Shown one piece after another: positions 1 to 13,350 of a stretch of 64,000 nt of DNA (the stretch's first letter is position 1; each line of letters begins with the position of its first letter). The stretch lies in the NCBI GenBank assembly GCA_001938485.1, contig MQRK01217482.1:3811-67810 (forward strand), given 5' to 3'. A program made the translations under genes and the position numbers. The notes below the pieces were generated by a model. It did no database searches. It was not told the DNA's origin and saw only the letters and a program-made list of their open reading frames with translations. Source of the stretch: Girardia tigrina. Taxonomy: Eukaryota.

Positions 1-1296
1 AATAATATATCTGTCAAGAAATACCTTATTTATTTTCATACGATAGTTCAAAGTTAAGTTATACGCGATTGAAATGTAAGGTGTGAAGTTTGACCCGTTT
101 CATACCGAACAACCTAATAGTTAGGGAGAAGAAATCCTACAGCAACTCAGATGTAAATTGAGACCTAATCAAAGATTCTTGACCTTTTGCTAATTCCTTG
201 GAAGATTTCTTATCATATTTCTGAAATTTATTATAATTTAAGAGTTATATTAATTTTGGAAATAAACAGACGCTGTTTTATTACTATAAACTTCAAAAAA
301 ACAAGGGTTCTTTATTCTTGAACAAAATATACAAATAGTCATTACATAAACGATTCATGAGAATGAAGAAAATTCTACCAAATTAAATTGTAGAAATTTG
401 TAAAAAAATTAAGGAAATATAACTTTACGTTAGTGATTAATTTTCGAAACTCTCACAAAATATTCATTAATAAATGAGGACAAATCCCTTTTCGATTCTT
501 GGGTGCTTTTTTAATTAACCCCCTAATTTCGTGTTCTTTTCTCATTGACATGATGTAATTTATTTTTGAAATGTTTGGTATTTAACATTAATTTAATGTC
601 TGCTATCAAATAAATAATAAACACATGGCAAAGTTAAGGTTGCCAGTCCCTAAACTATATGTCTAATGTTTTCCTTTTTTTCCAATAATCAATCTATTTG
701 TTAACTATTTTATTTAATTAAACCTTAAACATTACCTACAATACATAACAATCATAAAAATAATTTGCGTGCCTCTCTTTATTTTTACATATGAAATATG
801 AAGCAACAATATATATCTATACATACATAAATATATTGTTCCGAAAATAAACAATGTTTAAATATTTTTAAATCGTAATTTTATTAATTTAATTAACATG
901 TAAGTAATATATAATCAAAAACGCCATTTGTGTTTGAAATCTTTATTAATTTAAAATTTTCATTTTTTGCGATATATTTCGGTGGATTTCCCACCATCAG
1001 GCAAACATTTTTCAATAATTGTACGTCCTTATAAATAAGAGGTAATAATGCAATCAACTTACATAATAGCTAATTAAATATTTTCAACAAAATTGGAGAG
1101 AGGCTTGTTTGAACATTAATTGATGGATTACCTGATTAATCAAGTAGCTCTGCATAAGTGTACTCGAAACGTTTATCAAAATTTGAAATTTGTAATTTAA
1201 AATATTTTGTTTGATTTGGCCCTTTCTAAATGAAACAACGTCAATTATGTCAACACATTTTCAAAGTTTATAAAAAAAGAAGAACAACAAAATAAG

Positions 1297-1620
1297 TGTG
1301 AGGAATATTTTCAATTGTTGGAATGTGTAAATGTATTTGTGAGGAATGTTTTGAATTGTGTGTTGATATTGTTGTGCACGTTGTATGTTGATTCAGATTG
1401 TGTCACTCCTACGCAGATGGATGGTTGGTATTTTATTTGATTCCTACTAATTAAAAATAATTTAATTTAATTTTAAACTAAAAAGATTTCAAATAATTTT
1501 TGATAGTTTATTTAATTTTTATTGTAATATAAAATTTTAATATATTAATTTAATATGTACTTTTTTGAAAATGTTTAGATTTAATTTTAACCAATTAGAT
1601 TCTTTATATTTAATAAAAAA
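1297..1620 (+). mobile_element. Partial LTR, Gypsy 'TGTGAGG...TCTTAACA' LTR family
   Basis: Starts TGTGAGGAATATTTT, has a TG-rich tract and core CTCCTACGCAGATGG (CAGATGG at 1414-1420). Downstream sequence is nearly colinear with 24800-25025. The 3' end is approximate. Confidence 0.65.
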
Positions 1621-1795
1621 GAGAAAAAGCAGCCCATTTTCGATAAAATTTTTATAAAATTAATAAATTTCAAAATTCATATTATTAATAAATAAAATGG
1701 AAATAGGAATCGAAAAAATCGGATGTCGAAAAGCCATACCGCATTATGGCTAATATATAAAACAAAATAAATAATATTTTTGTAATTTTTTACAA

Positions 1796-1841
1796 TATAT
1801 ATATCAGTATATATATATCAGTATATATATATATATATCAG
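1796..1841. repeat. (TA)n microsatellite with interspersed TCAG
   Basis: Three (TA)n-TCAG(T) units read directly. Confidence 0.8.
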
Positions 1842-1844
1842 TTA

Positions 1845-4491
1845 ATTGTTCTCTATTATAACCATGTGGAAAAGAATTTATTGAATTTTTAAAATATCTC
1901 CTTTTATCATCATATCCAGAAGTTCCTAGTTTTATAGTTTCTATAATATTTATTTCATGTTTTTTGGAGATAATTGATTAATTGTTTACAAATATTATTT
2001 TATTATTAAATATTACATTTAATCTGTTTTCAAAATTTATATAATTACATTTTATACCTTTATTTTCATTTTTTTCTAATATATTATTATTATTTTCAAC
2101 TATTTTATATGAGTAATCTTTTGCTTTAATTGCTATAAGATATTTAATAAATTGATTGGATAGTAATTCATCTTTAAATTTCACAAATTTAGTGGAATGT
2201 ATATATTCTTTTAATTTATTATTTTTATTTTCCCAATTATCATAAATTTGGACAAAGAAAGAGTCCGTATCATTGTAATGAAGTAAAATAGTTCCTGACT
2301 CAAAATCCCACATTTTATGTAAGCCTTCATATGTAAATTGATACATATTCGATTTAGATATTTCTAAAACGGTAAACCCTGTATAATTAAATTTATTAGA
2401 ATAAATTTGACTTTGCTCCATTTCAATGGCGCATAAGTTTCTCGTAAATGCATGGATTGATTTAAATCCTGGTTTTCCAACAAGTTTTTTAAATGTCCTT
2501 GCATTATTAACTATTTTAATGTTAGAGTGATTTCTAAAATTTTCAGGGCTTTACCATAGAAGGCATTGTTTAATAATTTAAAGAAGAAATTCCCGAATTT
2601 ATCTCCAATTGCTTTGGCTTCATTTCTTTTTTGTATATTAAATTCAATATAAAGTTTAAGTCATGGAGATTTTAAATAAATCAATTTTCTATGTATTTTT
2701 TTAAGAATTATCCCTTGATCAAGATAAAATCTAAAATTCTATTCTCAACAATATATTTTTTTTAATATTTAAATTTAAAACAAGTTTTTCTATTTTAATA
2801 TTTCTCAGAGGGTAAACAAATTTTTCATAAGAAGATAATTCTTCACGAAGAATATTGGGGATAATTCTTTCAGGGCAATATGGATATGAAAATGATTTCT
2901 TTTTTATTGATTCTAGATTAACTTCATGAACATATCTATATATCGAATTTTCTTTAGATCTTTTATAAGTTTGATCTTTACTCCAAGCCATTTCTCCTGT
3001 AGGTAAATATCTACACATAGCTGTGGCGTATAATGAATTTGTGTTTAAATAGAGTATATAACTTTCCCTAAAAAACTTATTAAAATCAAAATTTGATTTA
3101 TCTTTTATTATTTTAAATTTTACGACTAACATATTATATTCCCAATTATCTGATATATATTCATCATAATTCAAATTTTCTTTATCTTCACTTTCATTAT
3201 ATTCATTATAAAACTTTTTAAAAAAATCAATTGAATCACTAATATATTTTTCATAATCTTTTTAGACATATTTATTATTTGATTTTGAAAATCTATTTCC
3301 TAAAACTCCTGAAAATCCCCCTCTTGTACCTTCCTCAAAGAAAAGTAACATATCATATGTACTTTCAAAAAAATGTTTTAGCTTTTGGCTTGTATATTTT
3401 ATACCAGCTTGCCATGTTAATCCTTGCGCTGAAAAACAATAACAGGGATCTATTTGATAATATTCTAAACATTTCATTCTTAAATTTTTGAAAAAATTGA
3501 CTAATAACAATACATCTGTTTTCATGTATTGGGGGATGTAATCTTTCATATTATTACACCCTAAATCAGTTCAATTTTTTTCGCGATTTCATATTCTGAT
3601 AATGATATGTTTTTATTAGTTAATGTATCGAAGAATTCAATTCTGTGGAGATATTTGTTATTCATTTAATTTTTCTTCGATATCTGTATATTTTGTCCAT
3701 ATAAGATAACTGTATGGGAATATTCCTTTCTTAGGAATACACTTTTTCTCTTTTTAGTCATAAAAGATTAGATTATTTTCCCTCAAAAATTTAGATTCTT
3801 CTTCTTTCAAATTTCCCTCACATTTTCGGAGACTACTTCCATCACCAAATTTCCTCTCATCTAAAAATCTAAGACAACCAATTTGAAAAGAAATATAATC
3901 TTCCGATGTTTTTATATTTTTTTCATTACATTTAATGAAAAGTTCTTTAATAAACAAATGGTTGTCATATTTAGCGTTATTGAAAAAGAACAATAGTATA
4001 AAATTAATTTTCTTTGCTTGCAGATTACATGTTTTATGACTAGCACCATGATATTTTCCTGTTAAATGATCGTGGTCTCGTACTTGATCGTTAATATGTT
4101 TAAACATTGTATTACAATAATGACATTTTTCTGATTCTTTAAAATTATTTTCATCTTCACAAGTCAATATTATAGGGATTTCCGTATTTAATATTTGTGA
4201 ATATTTATCATTTAATTCAATTAAATATTCAACAAACTGATCTATCATATTTTCCCTGATAAATTCTTGATAATAATCCTTTTCTATTTCTGGGATTTTA
4301 GAATGAAAATAAACACCGTTTGCCAATGGCTTTTGTTTTAAAAGATATTTTGTTTTATCGGTGTCTTCATTTCCAATATCATAACATTCTATAAAATCAT
4401 TCTCATTTCTTTCTCCATAATCATGATCGAGTCCCTGAGTTTCTAAGTTATGTTGAGTATTTGTTGTCTTAATACTAAAATGAAAGGACAA
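1845..4491 (-). pseudogene. Disrupted protein-primed family B DNA polymerase (Polinton/Maverick/adintovirus-like pPolB)
   Basis: Motifs occur in order across frameshifted ORFs: CHYC...RDHDHLTGKYHGASHKTCNL (EndoVII/HNH-like Zn module), FNNAKYDNH (Exo), RGG, YLNTNSLYATAM (motif A), FKLLNNAFYGK (~2550-2590, motif B), YNDTDS (motif C), KAKDY, KGIK, and C-terminal YDDKRR...FPHGY (~1860-1920). Multiple stops and frameshifts. Confidence 0.9.
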
Positions 4492-5499
4492 TAGTTTTAT
4501 AAGATATAATTTCTGTACAATTTACAATTATAAGTTAGAGGCAAAAGAAGTATTTTATTTGGCCCCTGGCCGATTTTATATTAAGCAACCGAGAGCCTTA
4601 GCGACAACTCGGGTTGACTGGAGGTTAAGGATTTAATGTCACACTTTACAGCGTGAAATATATACGAATATAATAATTTAATATTATTTTATATTAATTA
4701 CTTTTTTATTTGTTATTTTTTCTCAGTAGCGGATTCATTTTTTTAACACCAAAAATTTATTTTTAAAATCCTGAAAATTTATTTCGAAAATTTATTTCAA
4801 AAATTATTTAAACTTTATTTTCAAAATTTATTTCAAAGTTTATTTAAAATTGCTTATTAAAAATATTTTTATTTATAAATACATATTTAATATTTTTGTT
4901 TTCTTGATATTTTTAATTTTAAGATATTTAGAGATACATTAAAGATATTTTTTATTTTTAAATAGATATTTTATTTTTATGATTTTAAGAATTCAATTAT
5001 AAATTATTTTTTAATGAGGATTTCCGTTGACAATTAACTTCAATAAAACATTATGATTTTTATTTTAGAACTTGATTTTAAAATATTCAATAAATTATTT
5101 TTTTAATAAAACTTTCCGTTGACAATTAAATTAAATTAACATTATGATGTATATTTTAAAATGTGTTACAAGATATATCAAAATTTTCTTTACAATATTC
5201 TTTTACTCTGAAACTGTTATTTAAATTGTAATTTTTTAAACCTATTTTTTTATAAAAGTTCTTTTAATTTAATTAATAAAATATTATCATTACACTATAA
5301 TTTTTATAAAAATTATTTCATTTTAATTTGTAAAAATATTATCTATACACTTAAATTTTTTATATATAATTTCTTTCAAAAGTTCTTTCAATTTAATTAA
5401 TAAAATATTATTTTTTAATTTATCTCAAATGTAATTATGATTTTTAATTTAAAAATATAAAAAATTTACAGTTCACCAAAAAGAACCCCTAACAATGAA

Positions 5500-6205
5500 C
5501 ATAAAACTGAACTATGTAAGCTCATCAACGAACTTAATCATAAAAGGCTGAAATGGACATTACACCTTCCCTTGAGAATTTCCGATACTGAAGTACAGCG
5601 AGGAACGAGGTAAGAAATTGTATTAAGAAATTGAAGTGGTGAAGGATGAGAAATCTAAACAATGTGATTGAAGAGGCCTTAAACGCCGGTAATTTCAATA
5701 AAAGTGGTACGGACTATCTTGAACTGCGTATTTTAAGGAATTCAGAGACAAAGTTATACACATTGTTTTCACCGGCACTTTCTGTGACCAATGAGCTCAT
5801 GTTTTGTCACTATCAAAAGTTCAATACCTTGGAGAATGCTGTGTTAGTGTTGAGTCTTCTGATGAGGCTGAAATAAAGCTTGCTATATCGCAGCTGAATA
5901 ATGGGAGGTCGCAAGATCAAATGGAGTAATTTCTGAAGTTTTGAAGTGGGATCGACAACCACTCATGGACAAACGGCAGCTTAATTTTGAACTGATATAG
6001 AACTGCTTTCATGAATTTCTACTGGCTTGAAGGAGTACTAAAGGGATGATAATATTCAAAGGAAAAGGTACAAGATCCGACCAGAAGAACTAGAGGGGTA
6101 TCTTTCTCTTAGAAATCACTGGTAAGGTTTTTGAGAGAATCATCGTAAATAGAATCCTACCAGTGATGGAAGAAAGACTGGACCTCTGGAAATTTGGTTT
6201 GAGGC
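5500..6205 (+). mobile_element. Non-LTR retrotransposon (LINE, RTE/L2/CR1-like) ORF2 RT N-terminal fragment
   Basis: Frameshifted translation gives SDEAEIKLAISQLNNGRS ... KGKGTRSDQKN(x)RGISLLEITGKVFERIIVNRI...FGLRP, the typical LINE RT domain 0-2 region. Confidence 0.75.
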
Positions 6206-6206
6206 C

Positions 6207-6540
6207 ATTAAGCGGCGTTTATGCCTCTTTCATTATTATCAAATTCAGAACTCATAATTTAACATCACAATTTATTAATATAACAATAATTCACATTTTT
6301 GAACAAATATTTTTGTTAATTCAATTATCTCGCTACAATTAATCTATTAAATTCTTTTCGATTCAATTTTTTAAAATTTAGCAAATTTATAACTTTAAAT
6401 TTATTAATTAATTTTCACATTAAAACTAAAAATTTATTTTAAAATTTATTTAAAATTGTTTCATAATTTCTATTAAAATATATAAATAGTTATGACTGTA
6501 AAAATATTTTTATTTATAAATAAACATTTAATATTTGTAG
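6207..6540 (+). repeat. Dispersed AT-rich repeat family B (possibly a second LTR family)
   Basis: Similar segments at ~4730-4960, 8281-8345 (begins TGTAAGTAGCGTTTACGCC), ~8950-9070 and ~46120-46450, e.g. shared AATTATCTCGCYACA-ATTAATCTATTAAATT. Confidence 0.55.
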
Positions 6541-7829
6541 GGAAACAGTATTTTTGGGTTTGACCAAGCTGCAATTAAGTTAAACAGTAATACAAATTCA
6601 ATTTAATTTAATTTAATTTAACTTATATGTGAATTAAATATAATTTCTTTATTTCTAAATTCAAATTCCCTAATATCTTGTACCAGAGTTACTCAGTTAT
6701 TGTATTGCATTTTTTTACATTTACTTTTAGATTTTATTATTTTTATTGTGTGTGTTATTATTTTTTTGTACTATTTTGTATTAATTTTTTTGTACTATTT
6801 TTTTATATTTTTATTTTTTTTCTAATTTTATATTTTTCTATATACCAACCAAAAGTACATTAAATTGTCAATAAAATTTCAACTGTTAGATAGTTGTTCT
6901 TGAAATCGCAAAAGTAGTTAAAAAGAACTTTGGACAGTGGCCAACATATTTCCAATTTAACTCGACCAATTTTATGAAACAATTAATAGTATTATTATAA
7001 TAATTATTGGACTATAAAAAAAGAAAATAAAGCAGCAAGATTTAACAATTAAAATGAATATTGACCAAAAATGAAATTTAAAAAAATCAATATTCAATAA
7101 TTAGAATTACAATTAATTACTTGACTATGACGACAATTTTTTATTTTTCTCTCGGGGAACATTTGGCTGACAATTGGCATCGTATTCAAACTGAGTGACA
7201 AATTGATTTCATAATTAAACTGAGTGACAATTGAAATTGATATAATTGAAATAATAATAATGAGAGATTTTATAATAAAATGGTACAATTAATAATAATA
7301 TTAATTATTTTAAAAAAGAATAATAATTTTAATAATAATTGTCAACAGCATTTCATAAAAATTATATCAAATACTAAAAAATATTAATAATTATAATAAA
7401 AATTTTGAAATACAATTATATTGAATGGTATCCCTGAAAGCTTCCTTACGTCCCTGAGCATTTGCTCAAACAAAGGGTAGTTAAAATGGGATCGATCGTC
7501 ACTTGATTTTCATCATTATAATTTTTAATAATTAATTTGTTTTATAAAAAACTAAATATTTCCTTTCAGGGTAAGGATAGAAATAGCTTTTTATAAGTTT
7601 CAGCTTTCAGGATCTCAACAAATTGAAAGCTCACAATCTTGCATCTGAAGCCGTGTGAGAGGATTAGAAAACTTTGTATTTGTCAAATGGTTTCTGCCAG
7701 ATAAAGAGTCTAATATTCACTACCATGTTCGCCAAGGCTGACTTCTATTTGTAATACACAGTTAGCCGTCACATTTGGGGAAGCTTATTACAAATGTTTT
7801 TTTCAATGCTTCTTCCACATGTATTAAGC

Positions 7830-8190
7830 ATACAAAACAAGAAGAAATCTATTGAAAATGAACATCTTTTTGTCAGAGAAAAAAGTATTTATTATTCCTT
7901 TTTGGAAATGGGATCTGTTTTATAAAATGCTATGCAAGAGTTCATACAAAGGAAGATTCATTGATAAAAATGGAAGAGCATTATCAAGTTGGAAATATTG
8001 CTCAGGTACATTCGCTTAAAGTGATCAATAAAACTAAAGAAATATATATTGCAACTCAAGTAAAAACCCATAGTCTTATTATTGAAGCGTTTGTTGAAAT
8101 TTTTCCTGCAACGCAATGCCTAAAAAGAAATGTCAGAAATTCCCGAAAAAACAATTATACATATCCCCCGATTTACACGGTACTTTTTTA
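7830..8190 (+). mobile_element. MULE (Mutator-like) transposase N-terminal fragment, FLYWCH-like
   Basis: W..(C)...KCYARVHTKEDSLIKMEEHYQ followed by the helical linker ending ...LKRNVRNSRK...PP. Degenerate. Confidence 0.5.
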
Positions 8191-9158
8191 AACATTAATT
8201 TTAAAAGCGAAAACGTGTAAAACAACTTTTTTGTACTCTTAAATTCAGACTGTTTAAGATATAACCTATATCATATAGGTTGTAAGTAGCGTTTACGCCA
8301 CTTTCATTATTACTAAATTCAGTAATCATAATTTAACTCCACAATCTTTACATCAACATATCAACAAGTTGTGTGTGCATCGGAGCGCCTTCGGGTTCAA
8401 ACCGGTAACTAGTATTGCCCGACCGGTGGTCTCAGCTTCCTGAGGGGTCGATGCTTTTATCCTTTACTAACATTATTCTAAACTTTGGGCTGCCATTTCA
8501 TGTCGTGAACGAGAAGAGCCTCAAGAAAATAAGCGACGATCGAACCACGTGCCTCTATGCATTCTATGGTCAATCTGCACCATCTCCAAAAGGGTTCTCG
8601 TCACTTCTTATTTACCATTCAATTAATATTCAGAATTTACATTTATTACTTATTTTCATTTAATTATATTATAACGAGATATTTTATATTCGATGACATG
8701 TATCATTTGTGACTCTGCAATTCAAAAATATTTTTAAATTTATTTCGTTAAGTTACCAAATATAACTCAGGGTTCTTCCTCGAAAAGTCACCATTCCTTA
8801 CTATTACTTGGTTTCAAATATCTTTTATTATCTCATTTAATTATTATTTTATTAATCTCGGAAAACTTACAGCTGATTATTTCCCTCTCTTTTGACTCTA
8901 CTTTATTATCGTTATATTATCTAAATTATTTGCAATTACAATTTTGGCATTACGAGTTGGCATCGTAACATATATTTAAACTTATTTCATAACTTTTATT
9001 AAAATATATCAATTGTTATGACTGCAAGCATATTTTAAATAAGTATTTAATTTTTATGATATTTTTACTTTACATTTTAATTTAGTTTTTGTAAAATTTC
9101 AAATTAAAAATATATTAAACTATTTTGGCGAAACGCAAATGTAAACTAACCTCTCATA

Positions 9159-10147
9159 TAGGTGTCCATAATAAATCAAAATTTCGCCACAAGTGGGGCG
9201 AATGACATCTAAGATTCACCACATCATGAAAAAATAGAAAAATAAAATGATAAATAAAAAACATGTTTCATGTTTTTTATTTTATTAATAATTGAATATG
9301 AAATTCAGCAATCTTTTTCCTTTACAAGTTGTTTATAATTTGATTGAAAATTAGCGTATTTCTTAACTCTGCTTTCAAATTAATATCAAACAATCAAAAT
9401 CCATATTTTGTTTTGATAAATGCCATTGCAGAGAAAAATGACTCGCATGACCATTTTGATCCAAGTATAGATAATAATTGAGATATACCCGTATTCAAAG
9501 TTGGTAGATCCTCTTTTATCAAAATTTTCTCTCAAAACTTTGTGATTGAACGATTCATTCAAAATTTTAAATGTTCCGTTTTCTGCAAAGCAATCAAATA
9601 ATTTTCAAAGTCACATTTGTCAAAGGAAAGAATGGAAACAATTTCGTTACTTGAGTTTTCAAAATCAATTTGAAATGAATCATACATAAACTGAAATGCT
9701 AATTTAAAGTTGTTGAAATCCGAAAACCGTGAGTCAAATTTGTCAGCCAGTGTAAAGTAACTACTTTACTTTCCCGATTGTGCAACAGTTGGTTGATGAT
9801 ATCACATCAACCCGAACAATATTGCACAAAAAGGTCAAATTGCGCAAATGCAATTTGATGACGCAAGCGCACAAAATTAATATAAAAAGTAATTTTTTAA
9901 TTTTGTATTTTTAGAAAATAAAGTTTTGATTTGTCTTATGTTTTAGCGTTATCATTTTAATATAAAATGAATGATCTCAAAAGCCAGATTTTTTATCGAA
10001 TTAAGATAAAATAAATTTACAGTGCAAATATGATGACATTAAAAAACTAATTTAGATAAATTATTTTAAAAAAATTTTAACAACTTTTTCGCCACATTCG
10101 TTTTTGTTTCGCCACAAGTGGTGATTGGTTACTATGTTGGACATCTG
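9159..10147 (-). mobile_element. Internally deleted hAT (GTF2IRD2/SPIN-like) element
   Basis: Imperfect TIRs TAGGTGTCCATAATA / rc CAGATGTCCAACATA and subterminal TCGCCACA repeats at both ends. Minus strand 9330-9760 encodes FDSRFSDF...ILGSKWSCESFFSAMAFIKTK (hATC dimerisation domain). No TSD seen. Confidence 0.75.
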
Positions 10148-10214
10148 TGGCTTAAGACATTTAAATATATTTTCAGTATACAAATAATTTATTTAAACCA
10201 GTCGCTTCCTCTTT

Positions 10215-10426
10215 GTGACAATGACAATGGCTCATAAATTATTATTTTTCTTAACTTAAAGAAATCTTCAGACATTAGCTAATACCAAAAGCTGGTTTGC
10301 AGACGGAACTTTCAGAAGGTTCTTTATTTATTCAGCCAAATATACACAATTTATAGGCTCATGAATGGAAATGTTTTACCCCTTTTGTATGCTTTAATTG
10401 CTAGCAAAACGGATGATAATTATATT
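10215..10426 (+). mobile_element. MULE transposase DDE fragment
   Basis: WFADGTF...QIYTI...NGNVLPLLYALIASKT, truncated by the adjacent LTR. Confidence 0.7.
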
Positions 10427-10955
10427 TGTTAAGAACATTGAGACAATTTTCATTTGAATTTTTAGTATTATCATAATTAGAGTCATTAGAACTCTCGGAA
10501 GATCTTTCACTGTTTGACATTGTTCTAAATAGTTTTTTTATTTATATTTTTAATCATGATTGTTCGAACATTTTTTCTAAATCTTTTTAAAATATTTAAT
10601 TTATAAAAATATTAATTAAAAAAATTAATTTTAACCATTTCTTAATAAAATCCCGAAATAATAAAAATGTTATTAAATTATTAAAAATGAAATTAATTTA
10701 AATTTTATTATTTTTATTTATATTAAATTAAATGCTTTTCTTTTAAAAAAAATTAAACTTGATTTTAATTGTTATTTTTAAAATTTTTTTAACTTATCAA
10801 ATTGTTATTTTAATTATGTTCGAATAGTCAATCACTTTAAATTAAAAAAATACTTATTTCCATCTGGGTTGGAGAGTCATCATTCTCAGTTAAGCATACT
10901 CAACATACATCATCAATAAATTCACACATTCATACAATTTAAAATATTCCTCACA
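10427..10955 (-). mobile_element. Solo LTR, Gypsy TGTGAGG family (~529 bp)
   Basis: Minus strand begins TGTGAGGAAT and ends GTTCTTAACA. Same ends as, and colinear with, 50528-51044. CAGATG core at 10861-10866. Confidence 0.8.
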
Positions 10956-11087
10956 ATTAGGGTGTTATTAGTTACGACATTTTAAAATGTTCGATTGAAA
11001 ATAAATGGTAAAAAACGCAATAATTGATAAAAATGAAATATTAATTATATTAGAATTTTAAATTAACTACCTAGTCAGATATTTAGC

Positions 11088-11170
11088 AAGGTCCATATCC
11101 GTATGGGCACGGGCCTCAAAATACGGGCACGGGCGGGATGCGGGCCGCTACAAAGATTCACAGTTCCGGT
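11088..11170. mobile_element. GC-rich DNA-transposon terminus (hAT-like subterminal repeats)
   Basis: Repeated GGGCACGGG(C) units in AT-rich surroundings; no partner end found. Confidence 0.35.
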
Positions 11171-12998
11171 TTTTTATGCATCCAAAAGCTATGAATGGAA
11201 TACAAGAAGCTGTGTATCAGATTACCTGGGATAGGAATAGACGAATTTGTATATTCCAGAATGCTGCCACTCAAGGAATTTCTATGATTATATTTCATGG
11301 TATAAATTAAAATTCTTACAAATCTGAAGGAGATGTTTAATATCGAAGTTTTTTAATTATATCTTATTTGAATATGCGTGTTTTGGCGAAGTACTAGTGT
11401 ACTTCATTTTACTTGGAAAAATACATTTATTTATAATATAAAATAAATTATATTTAAACGTTATCTTCAGTAACAATATCTAAACAAATACTGACCGCCA
11501 GAATATTTACAAAATTAAGAATAAGTAGAAATGAAAGTAACAGACGAATTTTCACATTTATCATATTCTGTATATCTTTTAACTTGCCCAACTCATTTGT
11601 ACAATAATTGTAACCTTTATTGAAGTCTTCAACAAAGTTATCGTCTAATGGGCTGATAGACAAACTTTGTTACATTAACAATATTCATATTATAAAGTAT
11701 AGATGAAGAATATTACAAACTAGCTAATTAATTGAAGGAAAGAACATTTTTTTGTAGATATTAAACTGATAAATAAATCTTGTGATTGATGTAGTTTTTA
11801 TCATAAAAATGAGAGTAGTAATGTCTACCAACTATACAAGTACTTGGATCTACATGTACTTTGTTAAGAATACGTATTTATCATTCGGTTACAATAACAG
11901 AATCTGTTATCGAAGTCTTAAAATGATTAAAATGATATATGATAAGACTGAAGCGTGAATCTATTGTAATATATTATTCAGCGATTATTAGTCAGATATA
12001 CCGCCACAGGGGTTAGAGAAATGGTCTTTAGAGATCCCTATATGTGTCTACAAAATTAAAAGTACATGTGAAAAAAATTTAATTAATATTTATTCTTGAT
12101 TTGCTATTGATAAATCTTTATTATCATTCTGCCATATTGAAATGACAATATTTCTGGAATATAATAATAATATTAATGAATGCCTTTAAATTCAAACTAA
12201 TACTAAATATTGTTATTTTTCCAATCAATTTCCTAATTATGATATTATTTATATTTTTATGAATTTTTCTAACTTTGAATACCCTAATTTTTTCGTTATA
12301 TTTTTAGATAAATAATTATAAATTTTTTAGTTTAATTTAATTATTTTATGTGTATTAAAAATTCATGAAATATATTTTTTAGGAATTTTGAGAAAATATT
12401 TTAAAGATTTTTAAAATAATAGTTGAATTAAAAGTAGAATTTTAAATTTAAAAAATAAATTTTATGTTTAGTATGACAAAATTTCGGAAGTTTATTGTAA
12501 GAAAATGAAATTATTTAATTGTGGGAAGTTAAAAAAAAGTAAAATGAATTATTAATACTATATTTATTTTTATTGTATCGGTTTGAGATTTATGAAACAA
12601 CTAGGTTCTTAAAATTAAAAAAATAAATGAATTTCATTTCGATAAAATTTGTTTAAATAAAAAGTATTAGGCATTTTTTGGATTAATAAAAACTTGAATG
12701 TCATCTTTTAATAATGAAAATGTAGGAGATATTCAAAGCGCATCTAACAATATTAATTAAAATAATTAAGTAAATTTATCTTAATGAAAAAAATAAAAAA
12801 ACAATTTAGGGGGATTTCTTAAATTTTCCAACATCCCAAACGGGACTTTAGTACAAAATAATAAATTAAAAAAATATTTTTTTTTATTAGTAAAGTGAAT
12901 TTCTGCATTGGATCAATCAACAGTCTTTGGGTTTTTCGCTTTCGATAAACCCTTTCTAAAATTTTTTGCATTGATTTTATATTTTAAATTTTGTTTAA

Positions 12999-13235
12999 CC
13001 CTAGACTAAGTATCTTTTTCAAATTTGGTTTAAAAAACGTATTCTTTTAAACACACGTTCGCACGGTAACTCAGGATCGGCTTTGTTTACTACAGAAAGA
13101 CAGCTTGAACGGGCAAATAGCTGGTTAGCAACGTGAGAAAACATAAATAAATGCGAGCACGTCGAAATCGCGGGATGCGTATAATTATACCAGTAGATGC
13201 TGCACGCGTAAATCGCGAGATACCCGGTCAGAGGG
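12999..13235. mobile_element. piggyBac-like terminus / small non-autonomous element
   Basis: TTAA|CCCT at 12995-13002 and AGGG|TTAA at 13232-13239, with a repeated AAATCGCGRGAT near the right end. The TIR match beyond CCCT is weak. Confidence 0.45.
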
Positions 13236-13350
13236 TTAAAGGAATAATATAATAATTTAAATATTTAAAATTTTGATTATTTACCTTTCAAAATTTTGTT
13301 GTAAAAAAGTGCAATAAACTCTAGTAAATAATTGCGAAGGCCGTTAAATA

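Noticed and set aside
4560-4630. GC-rich hairpin CAACCGAG...CTCGGGTTG upstream of the pPolB
   Set aside because: Single imperfect hairpin with no ribozyme core and no matching Polinton TIR.
5855-5880. CTGATGA...GAAA hammerhead core (CTGATGA also at ~25872-, ~38350-, ~57710-, ~60760+)
   Set aside because: No convincing stems I-III; the 5860 and 60760 hits lie within LINE and Tigger coding sequence.
8380-8452. Possible twister-like or structured RNA (cUUCGg loop, CCGGT/ACCGG versus CCAGT/ACTGG apparent covariation, GAGGGG)
   Set aside because: The twister L4 (UCCNAAGC) and P2/P4 cannot be built in both copies, and the substitution pattern is better explained by codon conservation.
10430-10520. 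Apparent ORF start (MSNSERSS...) near the ends of the TGTGAGG repeats; track ORFs such as 50415-50612
   Set aside because: These are the 3' ends of LTRs; frames are not conserved between copies.
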